Shown piece by piece: positions 54,591 to 63,172 of a stretch of 64,000 nt of DNA; the stretch's first letter is position 1; each line of letters starts with the position of its first letter. Both the position numbers and the translations under genes were made by a program. Under the pieces are notes generated by a model. That model had not been told where the DNA came from and did no database searches. It saw only the letters and a program-made list of their open reading frames with translations. The DNA is from Clostridia bacterium (GTDB taxonomy: Bacteria; Bacillota; Clostridia; Christensenellales; CAG-138), in contig JAFZYC010000012.1 in assembly GCA_017616435.1 (NCBI GenBank), forward strand, positions 3,327 to 67,326, in the 5' to 3' direction.

Positions 54591-57098
54591 ATGAACATAA
54601 AGATCGCCCTTGCGGGCAACCCGAACAGCGGCAAGACCACCCTGTTCAACGCGCTCACGGGCTCCAACCAGTTCGTAGGCAACTGGCCGGGCGTCACCGT
54701 GGAAAAGAAGGAAGGCAAGCTGAGGAAGCATGACGGAGTGACCGTTACGGATCTTCCGGGCATATACTCACTCTCACCGTACACGCCGGAGGAGGTCATC
54801 GCGAGGAGCTACCTCATCGACGAGCGCCCCGACGCGGTGCTCAATATCGTGGACGGCACCAACCTGGAAAGGAACCTCTACCTCACGACGCAGCTGACGG
54901 AGCTCGGTATCCCCGTGGTCGTCGCGATAAATATGATGGACGTCGTCAAAAAGAACGGCGACAGGATAAACGTGCCGGAACTTTCAAGGCAGCTCGGCTG
55001 CATAATAGTTGAGATCTCCGCGCTGAAGGGCAAGGGCGTGGACGAAGCCGCCGCAGCCGCGGTCGAGGCCGCGCAGCACGGCAGGACGGTGCCGAAGCAC
55101 ACATTCTCCGGCCCGGTGGAGCATGCCATAGCCCATATCGAGGAGGCGGTCGTCCACGATATGCCGGAGGACCAGCAGCGCTGGTATGCGATAAAGGTGT
55201 TCGAACGCGACGACAAGGTGCTTTCCCGCCTCAATATCCCCGCGGAGACCATGGCTCATATCGAGAAGGATATCGCCGCTGCGGAGACCGAGCTTGACGA
55301 CGACGCGGAATCCATAATCACCAACGAACGCTATATCTGCATAGCGGAAATGCTCAAGTCCTGCTATAAGAAGAAGGACCGCGGCCGCATGACGACTTCC
55401 GACAAGATCGATAAGATCGTCACCAACCGCTGGCTGGGACTGCCGATATTCGCCCTCGTAATGTTCCTCGTCTATTTTATCGCGATGGCTCCGAACGCGA
55501 TAGGCACAAGGCTCACCGACTGGGCGAACGACGGACTGTTCGGCGACGGCTGGCATCTTTTGGGGATAGGCAAGGCCGCGTATGAGGAAAAGGCGGGCGA
55601 GTACGAGGACGCCATGAACGCCATCGGCGCGTTCTGCGAGCTCGATACCGAGGCGGAGGATTTCGACCCCGAGGCCGCCCTTGCCAAGCTCAAGGCTGTT
55701 GAGGGCAGCGGCACCGCCACAATCACCGTGGAGGATGACGAGACCCTTGCCACTTCCGAAATGACCGTCTACTTCGACGAAGTCCCCGAGAACGCGGGCG
55801 ACGACGTGGTCGGTATGAGCTATAAGGACGCCGTTAAGTACCTCGAGGAGAAGGGCTTTGACGAGCCCGATCCCGCGGAGGACGGCGTTTGGGTGCCGGG
55901 CGTCCCCGCGCTCATAGATAAACTCCTGCTCGATCCCGAGGGCAATTCCAAAGTTCCCGATTGGCTTTACGGCCTCATTCAGAACGGTATCGTAGCGGGC
56001 GTCGGCGCTGTGCTGGGCTTCGTACCGCAGATGCTCGTACTGTTCCTGCTCCTCGCGTTCCTCGAAGCCTGCGGCTACATGGCGCGAATAGCTTTCGTGC
56101 TCGACCGCGTTTTCCGCAGGTTCGGTCTCTCCGGCAAGTCGTTTATCCCCATGCTCATCGGCACGGGCTGCGGCATACCCGGCATCATGGCCTCGCGCAC
56201 CATCGAAAACGAGCGCGACCGCCGCATGACTATAATGACTACGACTTTCATCCCCTGCGGAGCGAAGATCCCCTTTATCGCGATGATCGCCGGCGCGATA
56301 TTCGGCGGCAACGCTCTGGTCTCCGTATCCGCCTACTTTATCGGCATGGCCGCGATAATCATCTCCGGCATAATGCTGAAGAAGACGAAGATGTTCGCGG
56401 GCGAGCCCGCTCCCTTCGTAATGGAGCTGCCCGCATACCATTGGCCCACCCTCGGCAACGTGCTCCGCTCCATGTGGGAGCGCGGCTGGTCCTTCATTAA
56501 GAAGGCGGGCACGATAATCCTGCTCTCCACGATCGTGGTCTGGTTCCTCTCCTTCTTCGGCACGGTGGACGGTGTGTTCCGCATGCTTGCCGAGGATGAG
56601 CTCGATCAGTCCATCCTCGCTGCGATCGGCGGCGCCATCGCGTGGATATTCGCGCCTCTCGGCTGGGGCACATGGCAGGCGGCGGTCGCCTCCATAACCG
56701 GACTTGTAGCCAAGGAGAATATCGTCGGCACTATGGGCATACTCTACGGTGCGGGCGAGCTTACCGCAAGGCAGGCCATAGCGCAGGCGTTTACCGGCGT
56801 CACCGGCTATTCCTTCCTCGTGTTCAACCTGCTCTGCGCGCCCTGCTTCGCGGCTATCGGCGCCATCAGGCGTGAGATGAACAGCGCCAAGTGGACCTGG
56901 TTCGCGATCGGCTATCAGTGCGTTTTCGCCTATGCGATCGCGCTCATGATAAACCAGTTCGGCGGCATATTCACGGGCGGCCTCAACGTGATAGGTCTCG
57001 TCGCCGCGATCGCCGTGCTCGCCGTGATCGTCTATATGCTGTTCTTTAAGAGGTACAGGGAGGCTTCGACGCTCGAAAAGGACATAGCGATAAGGTGA
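54591..57098 (+). CDS. feoB: ferrous iron transporter FeoB
   Basis: 835 aa. G-domain motifs GNPNSGKTT and DLPG, and a polytopic permease domain with LEACGYMARIAFVLD. Contains an unusually long acidic loop after the first TM. Confidence 0.94.
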   Translation: MNIKIALAGNPNSGKTTLFNALTGSNQFVGNWPGVTVEKKEGKLRKHDGVTVTDLPGIYSLSPYTPEEVIARSYLIDERPDAVLNIVDGTNLERNLYLTTQLTELGIPVVVAINMMDVVKKNGDRINVPELSRQLGCIIVEISALKGKGVDEAAAAAVEAAQHGRTVPKHTFSGPVEHAIAHIEEAVVHDMPEDQQRWYAIKVFERDDKVLSRLNIPAETMAHIEKDIAAAETELDDDAESIITNERYICIAEMLKSCYKKKDRGRMTTSDKIDKIVTNRWLGLPIFALVMFLVYFIAMAPNAIGTRLTDWANDGLFGDGWHLLGIGKAAYEEKAGEYEDAMNAIGAFCELDTEAEDFDPEAALAKLKAVEGSGTATITVEDDETLATSEMTVYFDEVPENAGDDVVGMSYKDAVKYLEEKGFDEPDPAEDGVWVPGVPALIDKLLLDPEGNSKVPDWLYGLIQNGIVAGVGAVLGFVPQMLVLFLLLAFLEACGYMARIAFVLDRVFRRFGLSGKSFIPMLIGTGCGIPGIMASRTIENERDRRMTIMTTTFIPCGAKIPFIAMIAGAIFGGNALVSVSAYFIGMAAIIISGIMLKKTKMFAGEPAPFVMELPAYHWPTLGNVLRSMWERGWSFIKKAGTIILLSTIVVWFLSFFGTVDGVFRMLAEDELDQSILAAIGGAIAWIFAPLGWGTWQAAVASITGLVAKENIVGTMGILYGAGELTARQAIAQAFTGVTGYSFLVFNLLCAPCFAAIGAIRREMNSAKWTWFAIGYQCVFAYAIALMINQFGGIFTGGLNVIGLVAAIAVLAVIVYMLFFKRYREASTLEKDIAIR

Positions 57099-57110
57099 GG
57101 AGGCGGTCGG

Positions 57111-57290
57111 ATGTTTGAATGGATAGCGAAGAACGCCGCGACGCTGATCACCGTGCTGGTGCTTGCGCTCATCATAGCGGGTGTTATCGTGAAGCTCGCG
57201 CTGGATAAAAGAAAGGGCAAAAGCAGCTGCGGCTGCGGATGCGCGAACTGCCTCATGAGCGGAGCCTGCTCAAAGGCGCGGGGCAAATAA
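57111..57290 (+). CDS. FeoB-associated Cys-rich membrane protein
   Basis: 59-aa ORF not in the ORF track: MFEWIAKNAATLITVLVLALIIAGVIVKLALDKRKGKSSCGCGCANCLMSGACSKARGK. GGAGG RBS at 57099-57103. One TM plus a Cys-rich tail, located directly after feoB as in the known family. Confidence 0.75.
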   Translation: MFEWIAKNAATLITVLVLALIIAGVIVKLALDKRKGKSSCGCGCANCLMSGACSKARGK

Positions 57291-57299
57291 ACGGATATG

Positions 57300-57336
57300 A
57301 AAACTGCCGGATGCAGATGCATCCGGCAGTTTTTAT
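57300..57336. terminator. bidirectional terminator between the feo operon and the radical SAM operon
   Basis: AAAACTGCCGGATGCA-GA-TGCATCCGGCAGTTTTT, a 12-bp palindromic stem with flanking A and T runs. Confidence 0.8.
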
Positions 57337-57344
57337 GGCTCATA

Positions 57345-58565
57345 TCATTCGGCGGCGTGCTTTTTTGCCTTTTTCTTAAGCTCGAGCTGAGTGAGCTTCA
57401 GCTCCGTATTGTAGAAGTCCTTTGCCGTACAGCCGGCTCTGCCGCCGCCGGCGCAGGCACAGGCACAGGCGCAAGCGCACGCGCAGGAGCTGTGCGCGCA
57501 GGAGCTGTGTCCGCCGGAGGATCTAGGCGCGGAGGTCCTTACCCTGACGGGCACCACGTGCACACGGATGAACGTGTTGGGATCGGAGGAATAGGGGTAC
57601 ATTCCGTCGGTATCCTTGCGGCGGAGCTCCTTCTCCTCTGCGGGTATCTCCTCCTCGGTCACGACCTCCTCGCTCTTTATAAAGCTCGTGCCGCAGTACT
57701 GGCAGTTGTCCTTGCCCTCCGGGCGCGGCGCGCCGCAGCTCGGGCAGGTGGGGTGGTAGACGACCTTCGTGCGGGTGATCTTCTTCTGCGTCTCAGTGAA
57801 GTTCGCCGACTTGCTGTATGCGGACTTGCTCAGGATAAAGCCGATTATCATTATCACAACGAACACGGTGACGAAGGAGGAGCCGATCTTCGCGAACGTT
57901 CCCATGTCGTCGTCATAGCCGTTGTAGCTGTCCGCGGTCTCTATGGTCTTCGTAACGTCGAAGTCCCTCGCGTCGTTGGGGTAGGTCACGGACATCTCCG
58001 TCATCCTCTCGCCGGCCTCGAGCGAGTCGGTCCAGATATAGTAGCCGCCCGCCGATATCTCGCAGGAGGGGAAGCGGCTGAGGGAGTTTTCCCTGTTCCA
58101 CCTGACCTCGATGCGGTCGACGTCGATCTCATCGAACCAGCCGGGCGTGAAGCGGTAGACCGTCTCTCCCTCGACCTGCTCATTGACCTGATACATATAG
58201 TCCTGCACGAGCGAGAAATCGAGTATAACGGTCTCGCCGGCAAGATACTTGCGGTCAAGATCGATCCTTACGAAGTCCCCGCCGGTGGAGTAGTAGGAAA
58301 TGCTCTTTATCGCGGAGGAATGCCCTTCGATGGAGGTAACGTGGTCGTTGGGAATACCTATCTTGACCCATGTGAGCGGGCCTTCGGAATCGGAATCCAG
58401 CACCTTCCATTCGATATGGTACTGCATGTAAAGGGTGCCGTCCTCGTTGACGTCTATTGTTACGGTATAGTTTACGATCTCATCCAGATGCCCGTAGGCG
58501 TGCGCCGTTATGGGCAGGACGATCAGAAGTGCGATGAGCAGTAATGCGGCGATACGTCTTTTCAT
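57345..58565 (-). CDS. single-pass membrane protein: DUF2207-like extracytoplasmic domain, cytoplasmic zinc ribbon, C-terminal Cys-Ala repeat tail
   Basis: Signal peptide MKRRIAALLLIALLIVLPITAHA. About 210-aa N-terminal domain (YTVTIDVNEDGTLYMQYHIEWKV). TM segment FVTVFVVIMIIGFIL. CPSCGAPRPEGKDNCQYCG zinc ribbon. Tail is GGHSSCAHSSCACACACACACAGGGRAGC. Its ATG overlaps the stop of the radical SAM gene (ATGA). Confidence 0.6.
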   Translation of the reverse strand: MKRRIAALLLIALLIVLPITAHAYGHLDEIVNYTVTIDVNEDGTLYMQYHIEWKVLDSDSEGPLTWVKIGIPNDHVTSIEGHSSAIKSISYYSTGGDFVRIDLDRKYLAGETVILDFSLVQDYMYQVNEQVEGETVYRFTPGWFDEIDVDRIEVRWNRENSLSRFPSCEISAGGYYIWTDSLEAGERMTEMSVTYPNDARDFDVTKTIETADSYNGYDDDMGTFAKIGSSFVTVFVVIMIIGFILSKSAYSKSANFTETQKKITRTKVVYHPTCPSCGAPRPEGKDNCQYCGTSFIKSEEVVTEEEIPAEEKELRRKDTDGMYPYSSDPNTFIRVHVVPVRVRTSAPRSSGGHSSCAHSSCACACACACACAGGGRAGCTAKDFYNTELKLTQLELKKKAKKHAAE

Positions 58566-59992
58566 AGCTGTTCACTGCCGTCCGCGCACGGCTCTCCTTT
58601 CGTGGATTCGGTCAAGTGGGCTGCGGCCGTTTTGCGCAAGGGACATTCGCAGCGCATCTGCGCGGAGTAGCCGCGGCGCTCGCGGCATTCCTCCGAGTTC
58701 CAGATATCCGCCCAGTCGTCGCGGAGCATCGAGCCCAGCACCGGGCCTGATAGCCAGCTCTGACAGGGAACGACGTTGCCGCCCGGCGTTACTGCCATGT
58801 TGCTCAGGCACGCGCCGCAGTTGGGGGTGCGTATCCCGAGCTCGGAGCAAAGCTCCTCGTCGACCCATCCGGGGGAGGTGAAGCTTATCTCCATGCCGTT
58901 CGCGTAGCAGTATTCGACGCTCTCGCGGAGTATCTCGGATATCTCCCCGCGGCTGAGCTGCAGCCTTTCGGAGCCCTCCAGCGCGGCGTTGCCCGTCGTG
59001 ATGAGGCCGGAGCAGGTGACGTACGTCACGCCGAGGCCGTGCAGGAACTCGAGCGTAGCGCGATAGTCGCGGTTTTTCGTGCAGAGCGGGGTGTTGACGC
59101 TGATATTGATGCCGGCTTCGAGCGCGTTTTTGATGCCCTCGACCGTATGGCTGTACCCGTTCGTGCCGACGAGCGCGTTGTGTATCGCCTCGTCGCTTGA
59201 GTAGAACGTTATCTGCATGCTGTCGAGCGAAGCCGCGCGGAGCTCTTTGCAGTATTCCTTCGTGAGCTTCACGCCGTTGGTGTTGAGGCGGGTGATGAAC
59301 CATTTCGCGTAGTCGATGAGCTCGGGAAGGTCGTCCCTCATCGTGGGCTCGCCGCCGGTGAACGTCACCTGCGGTATGCAGGCTTCGCGGCAGCGGTCGA
59401 TGATCAGCTTCCATTCGTCGGTCGAAAGCTCCTCCTCGGAGGCCTCCGGCTGACCGGCCGCGTAGCAGTGGACGCAGCGCTGATTGCAGTGCCACTTGCC
59501 GTCCTTCGTCATGGCGCTGACCATAAGATCCATGCGATGCGGCGCGCGCATGTAGGGCGCGTACGCTCCGAGCTCCATAACGCCGATCTGGGCGTCGACG
59601 GGCTCGCCGTAAGCGACCTGCTTGAATGTGTTCATAAGGTAGTAGATATCGCGGTTCATCCTCCCCGCGCCGATGAGTGGATAGACGCGCCTTACGGACT
59701 TCAGGGTATTCTTCCGAATGACCTCAAGATCCTCGTCCGTCACGGCTCTGCCGCTGAAGCGGTTGACCTCCTTTATGAACTCGATGAGCAGTATGCTCCA
59801 TGAAAGGTTCACGGGGAGCACGTCCTGACCGTTGAGTATCACGATGCTTGAGGCGAGCTCGCACTTCCCGCGCAGGACGGGCGGGATAAGATGTATCCTC
59901 ACCACGCCAGGCCCCTCGGGATTCAGGGTCGTGTGATGGACCTCATTGAAGTTTTGCTGCGCGTATTTTCTTTCTCTGGCTGTGATCCACAT
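58562..59992 (-). CDS. radical SAM enzyme with C-terminal SPASM-like Cys-rich domain and ~150-aa N-terminal extension
   Basis: CNQRCVHCYAAG (CxxxCxxC), GGEPTMRDD SAM-binding motif, and C-terminal auxiliary-cluster cysteines (CGACLSNMAVTPGGNVVPCQSW...CRER...CEC). AGGAGG RBS 7 nt before the ATG. Confidence 0.8.
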   Translation of the reverse strand: MWITARERKYAQQNFNEVHHTTLNPEGPGVVRIHLIPPVLRGKCELASSIVILNGQDVLPVNLSWSILLIEFIKEVNRFSGRAVTDEDLEVIRKNTLKSVRRVYPLIGAGRMNRDIYYLMNTFKQVAYGEPVDAQIGVMELGAYAPYMRAPHRMDLMVSAMTKDGKWHCNQRCVHCYAAGQPEASEEELSTDEWKLIIDRCREACIPQVTFTGGEPTMRDDLPELIDYAKWFITRLNTNGVKLTKEYCKELRAASLDSMQITFYSSDEAIHNALVGTNGYSHTVEGIKNALEAGINISVNTPLCTKNRDYRATLEFLHGLGVTYVTCSGLITTGNAALEGSERLQLSRGEISEILRESVEYCYANGMEISFTSPGWVDEELCSELGIRTPNCGACLSNMAVTPGGNVVPCQSWLSGPVLGSMLRDDWADIWNSEECRERRGYSAQMRCECPLRKTAAAHLTESTKGEPCADGSEQL

Positions 59993-60097
59993 ATAGTGAC
60001 CTCCTGAAAAGAATCGGTCTTGATACGGAGATTATATCATCTGATGTGAAAATAGTCTACAACAAACCGCAAAAAGTAACGATATTCCTTCGTCCCG

Positions 60098-60126
60098 TTG
60101 CGGGGAAGCGCGGGAAATGTTATAAT
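60098..60126 (+). promoter_or_regulatory. promoter of the hypothetical membrane protein / phosphatase operon
   Basis: TTGCGG (60098-60103), 17-nt spacer, TG-extended TATAAT (60121-60126). Confidence 0.5.
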
Positions 60127-60174
60127 CTTTTGAAAGACCGTGCCGCGCTTCCAATGCGCGGGGAGAGGTGCGCC

Positions 60175-61494
60175 ATGTTTGAAGAAAGATTCCGCGGGCT
60201 CTGCGAGAGCGCCGCTGCGGATGCGGCGGCATTGGGGACCGCTTTTGTCTCGGACCGCAAGTTCGCCGAGTTCACGATGCTCCTCCGCTATATAAAGCTC
60301 GAGCTCGTGTTCAAAAGGAACTCGCTGGGGCAGGTGAACAACGTGCTCTACTGCAGGATCTACCCCAACAAAAACACGGAGGTATTCTATTTCCTCCCGG
60401 AGATATTCGTGGAGCTGGACATACCGGAGTTCCGCAGCACGTTTTTTGCACAGATAGAGAACGAGCAAAGGCTCGAAGCCTGCTTTGCCGCGCTCTGGGG
60501 CATTATAAAGCAGTACCTCCCCGAGATAGAGGAGGCCGCGGCCGCGGGCAGGCTCCCGTGGGAGAGGGAGGTAGGTCCGGACGATTATTTGGAGCGCAGG
60601 CTCATATTCCCGGAGTTTCCGGCGATCTCCCGCGAACCGTTCGTGATAAGCGACTACACGAAGGGCCCCGTCAACCGCGCGCTGCTCGCGGGCGACACCC
60701 AAAAAGCGATAAAGCTCATCGAAAAGCTACGCGCAAAAGGCAAGACGCTGGAGTACCAGAACCGGCTTTCCGATCATCTGAAGGCGCGCGGCGGGGACTT
60801 TTTGCCCATGCCGGATGAGTGCAACGCGGTGATCAAGGAGGAGAAGGCGGATAAGAAGGCGCTCCCCGTCGCTTTCGGGACGGTGCTCATCGTATTTGCC
60901 GCGTTATCCGCGCTGTTCCTTATCGCAAAGCTGATATTCGACCGCATATTCTTCGCGGGGACAGAGACATACTTCGCCGCGCCGTGGTACGCGTGCTTTC
61001 TGCTTGCGGCGACCCCCGCGATATTCGGCGCGGTGCTGCTCAGGAAAAAACTCATTAAGCTCCTCTGCCCCAAGCGGGCAAAGGCAATGATCGAAAGAGA
61101 TATCGTCAAGAACGGCAAGCTCACGGATAAGCTCGCGGGATTGGGATTTGCCGCCGCTGCCGGCTTCGCGATAGGCGTGTTCATAATGATAACCCTTCCC
61201 TCCGCGCGCGTGTATCAGGACAGGATCGATACCGCGGGAGACGAAAACGTGTTCCGCAGGGAGACGTACATGTTCGACGAGATAGAGGAGATATGCCATA
61301 TATCGTCCCGGTACAACGTGTACGGCGACAGGATCCGGCGAAGCTCCTACGTATTGGTGATGAAGGACGGCCGCCTGCTCGATCTTGACGGCACCGCTCC
61401 TTCCGACGCGGCGGTGGAGGAAAAGCTCATGCCCCTGCTCGAAAAATACTCGCTCCCCGTGCGCGAGCTCGATTCCGACAGGGATCTTCCGTAA
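60175..61494 (+). CDS. hypothetical membrane protein (soluble N-terminal ~250 aa, three TM segments, soluble C-terminus)
   Basis: Start at ATG 60175, 6 nt after GGAGAGG and downstream of the -10 box. No recognisable motifs. Confidence 0.5.
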   Translation: MFEERFRGLCESAAADAAALGTAFVSDRKFAEFTMLLRYIKLELVFKRNSLGQVNNVLYCRIYPNKNTEVFYFLPEIFVELDIPEFRSTFFAQIENEQRLEACFAALWGIIKQYLPEIEEAAAAGRLPWEREVGPDDYLERRLIFPEFPAISREPFVISDYTKGPVNRALLAGDTQKAIKLIEKLRAKGKTLEYQNRLSDHLKARGGDFLPMPDECNAVIKEEKADKKALPVAFGTVLIVFAALSALFLIAKLIFDRIFFAGTETYFAAPWYACFLLAATPAIFGAVLLRKKLIKLLCPKRAKAMIERDIVKNGKLTDKLAGLGFAAAAGFAIGVFIMITLPSARVYQDRIDTAGDENVFRRETYMFDEIEEICHISSRYNVYGDRIRRSSYVLVMKDGRLLDLDGTAPSDAAVEEKLMPLLEKYSLPVRELDSDRDLP

Positions 61495-61516
61495 CGGAAC
61501 GAAAGGGAGGGACTGT

Positions 61517-62227
61517 ATGGTCTACGCGATCTCCGATCTTCACGGCTACCCCTTGGAAAAGTTCCGCGCGCTGCTTGACAGCGTAGGCTTTTCGGAGGCG
61601 GATACGCTCTATGTGATAGGCGACGTCATCGACCGCAACGGCGACGGCGGCGTTGAGCTGCTGCGCTACATAATGGCGCAGCCCAATTTCGAGTTCATTC
61701 TGGGCAATCATGAGGATATGCTGCTCGCCTGCGATTTCCTTTTCGGCGAGATAACGGAGGAGAGCATTAACGAGCTCGATACCGTAAAGACGAAGGCGCT
61801 CGAAAGATATTTGAGGAACGGCGGCGGGGTGACGCTTACGACCCTGCACAAGCTGGAGCATGAGGAGCCGGATGCCTTCCGCGACATACTGCAGTTCTTA
61901 AGGGACGCGCCGCTCGTCGGAGCCGTTTCCGCGGGAGGAAGGGATTTCCTGCTCGTGCACGGCGGGCTCGGCGGCTTCTCGCCCGAAAAGAAGCTCCGCG
62001 ACTATCAGCCGTTCGACATTATATGGGAGCGGCCGAAGCTCGATACGGAGTATTTCGACGATATCATCACCGTTTTCGGGCATACGCCGACGCTCTATTA
62101 CGGCAGCGAGTACGCGGGACGCATAATCAAGACCCGCACATGGATAAACATCGACGCCGGCGCCGCGGAGGGCAGACCGCCCGCGCTGCTTTGTCTCGAC
62201 GACCTTTCGGTCACATACGGGGAGTGA
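61517..62227 (+). CDS. PPP-family metallophosphoesterase (Ser/Thr phosphatase / ApaH-like)
   Basis: Start at ATG 61517 after AAAGGGAGG. Motifs ISDLHG, GDVIDRNGDG, GNHE, LVHGG and FGHTP. Confidence 0.85.
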   Translation: MVYAISDLHGYPLEKFRALLDSVGFSEADTLYVIGDVIDRNGDGGVELLRYIMAQPNFEFILGNHEDMLLACDFLFGEITEESINELDTVKTKALERYLRNGGGVTLTTLHKLEHEEPDAFRDILQFLRDAPLVGAVSAGGRDFLLVHGGLGGFSPEKKLRDYQPFDIIWERPKLDTEYFDDIITVFGHTPTLYYGSEYAGRIIKTRTWINIDAGAAEGRPPALLCLDDLSVTYGE

Positions 62228-62340
62228 GCGCCGCGTTCGGCAGGCCGTACAAGAAATGCCCCGGCTGCGGTGCGGTAATGAAAAAAACGAAGCTCGATCC
62301 CGTCTGGATGGAGGAGATGGAGCTCGACTATGACGACTGA
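62224..62340 (+). CDS. possible 38-aa micro-ORF with a single CxxC (very uncertain)
   Basis: GTG at 62224 overlaps the phosphatase stop (GTGA). Encodes (M)SAAFGRPYKKCPGCGAVMKKTKLDPVWMEEMELDYDD and ends just before the terminator. No other support. Confidence 0.25.
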   Translation: MSAAFGRPYKKCPGCGAVMKKTKLDPVWMEEMELDYDD

Positions 62341-62347
62341 AAAAGAA

Positions 62348-62381
62348 AAGGCCATGAGAAGTCATGGCCTTATTTCTTTTT
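62348..62381. terminator. bidirectional terminator between the phosphatase operon and the ABC-2 exporter operon
   Basis: AAGGCCATGA-GAAG-TCATGGCCTT followed by ATTTCTTTTT and preceded by an A-rich run. Confidence 0.75.
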
Positions 62382-62386
62382 CGAGA

Positions 62387-63172
62387 TCAGCGAATGTCCT
62401 TGCGCGGGTATTTGAGGTACGCGGCGATGACGCCGGCGGCGCATATTGCGGCGCCGATGGCAACCTTAGGCCAGTCGAGGGAGCAGTTCTCGATTATATC
62501 GGCGCCCTCGCAGTAGCCGTAGGGGGTGACGTATTTCAGAAACTTCGCCTGATCGGTCAGGTTCGCGATTATGTTCATGAAGTAGGCGACCGCGGCGATC
62601 CCGAGGCCCAGGCCGACGCTTCCGCCGCGCGTGAAGGCGGATATGCCGAAGCAGACGCCCGCGATCTCAAGCTGCAGGAGCAGGTATGCGATGTGTATCA
62701 GGCAAAGCTCCTTCCAGGGGACGGCCTCACCGGTCGCGGCCATGGAAAGGACCGAGACCGCGAACACTATCGCGTTCAAAGCCAGTATGCGTATAACGAC
62801 GGAGATCAGCTTTTCGGTCACTATGCGCACGCGGCTCACGGGATGGGTCAAAAGGAACTCCGCCGTCCGCTCCTTCTCCTCCTTGCTGAGCGAGGAGACC
62901 GCGCAGAGCGCCGCGTAGAACGCCCCGCCAAGACCGAGCACGTTGCCGCACTCGATCGCGTAGTATCCCAGCAGAGTGCCGAAGTTCAGCCTGTCCATGC
63001 CGAAGGCCTCCGTGAAAGAGCCCATGGAGGCGAAGATATCGCCGAAGTCGTCCATCTGCCCCTTCATCTGCGGATAGATGAATATGCATACCGCCAGCAT
63101 GAAGCCTATTATGGAAGTCCAGATAATGAAACCGGTGCGGCCGCGCTTAAGCTCGTGTCTGACTATCGTCAT
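62387..63172 (-). CDS. ABC-2 type transporter permease
   Basis: 261 aa with six hydrophobic segments. Overlaps the upstream ATPase gene by 4 nt. Confidence 0.75.
   Translation of the reverse strand: MTIVRHELKRGRTGFIIWTSIIGFMLAVCIFIYPQMKGQMDDFGDIFASMGSFTEAFGMDRLNFGTLLGYYAIECGNVLGLGGAFYAALCAVSSLSKEEKERTAEFLLTHPVSRVRIVTEKLISVVIRILALNAIVFAVSVLSMAATGEAVPWKELCLIHIAYLLLQLEIAGVCFGISAFTRGGSVGLGLGIAAVAYFMNIIANLTDQAKFLKYVTPYGYCEGADIIENCSLDWPKVAIGAAICAAGVIAAYLKYPRKDIR

Noticed and set aside
54984-56441. 485-aa minus-strand ORF antisense to feoB. The same applies to 27881-29329, 31917-33461, 39160-40377, 25028-26113 and 26485-27906.
   Set aside because: All are antisense or out-of-frame relative to genes with strong family signatures. 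They are Arg/Ala/Gly/Leu-rich, which is a GC-content artefact.
57441-57500. GCACAGGC/GCGCAAGC-type low-complexity repeat (microsatellite-like)
   Set aside because: It is the coding sequence of the Cys-Ala repeat tail of the 406-aa membrane protein. The repeats are imperfect, in frame, and not an intergenic simple-sequence repeat.
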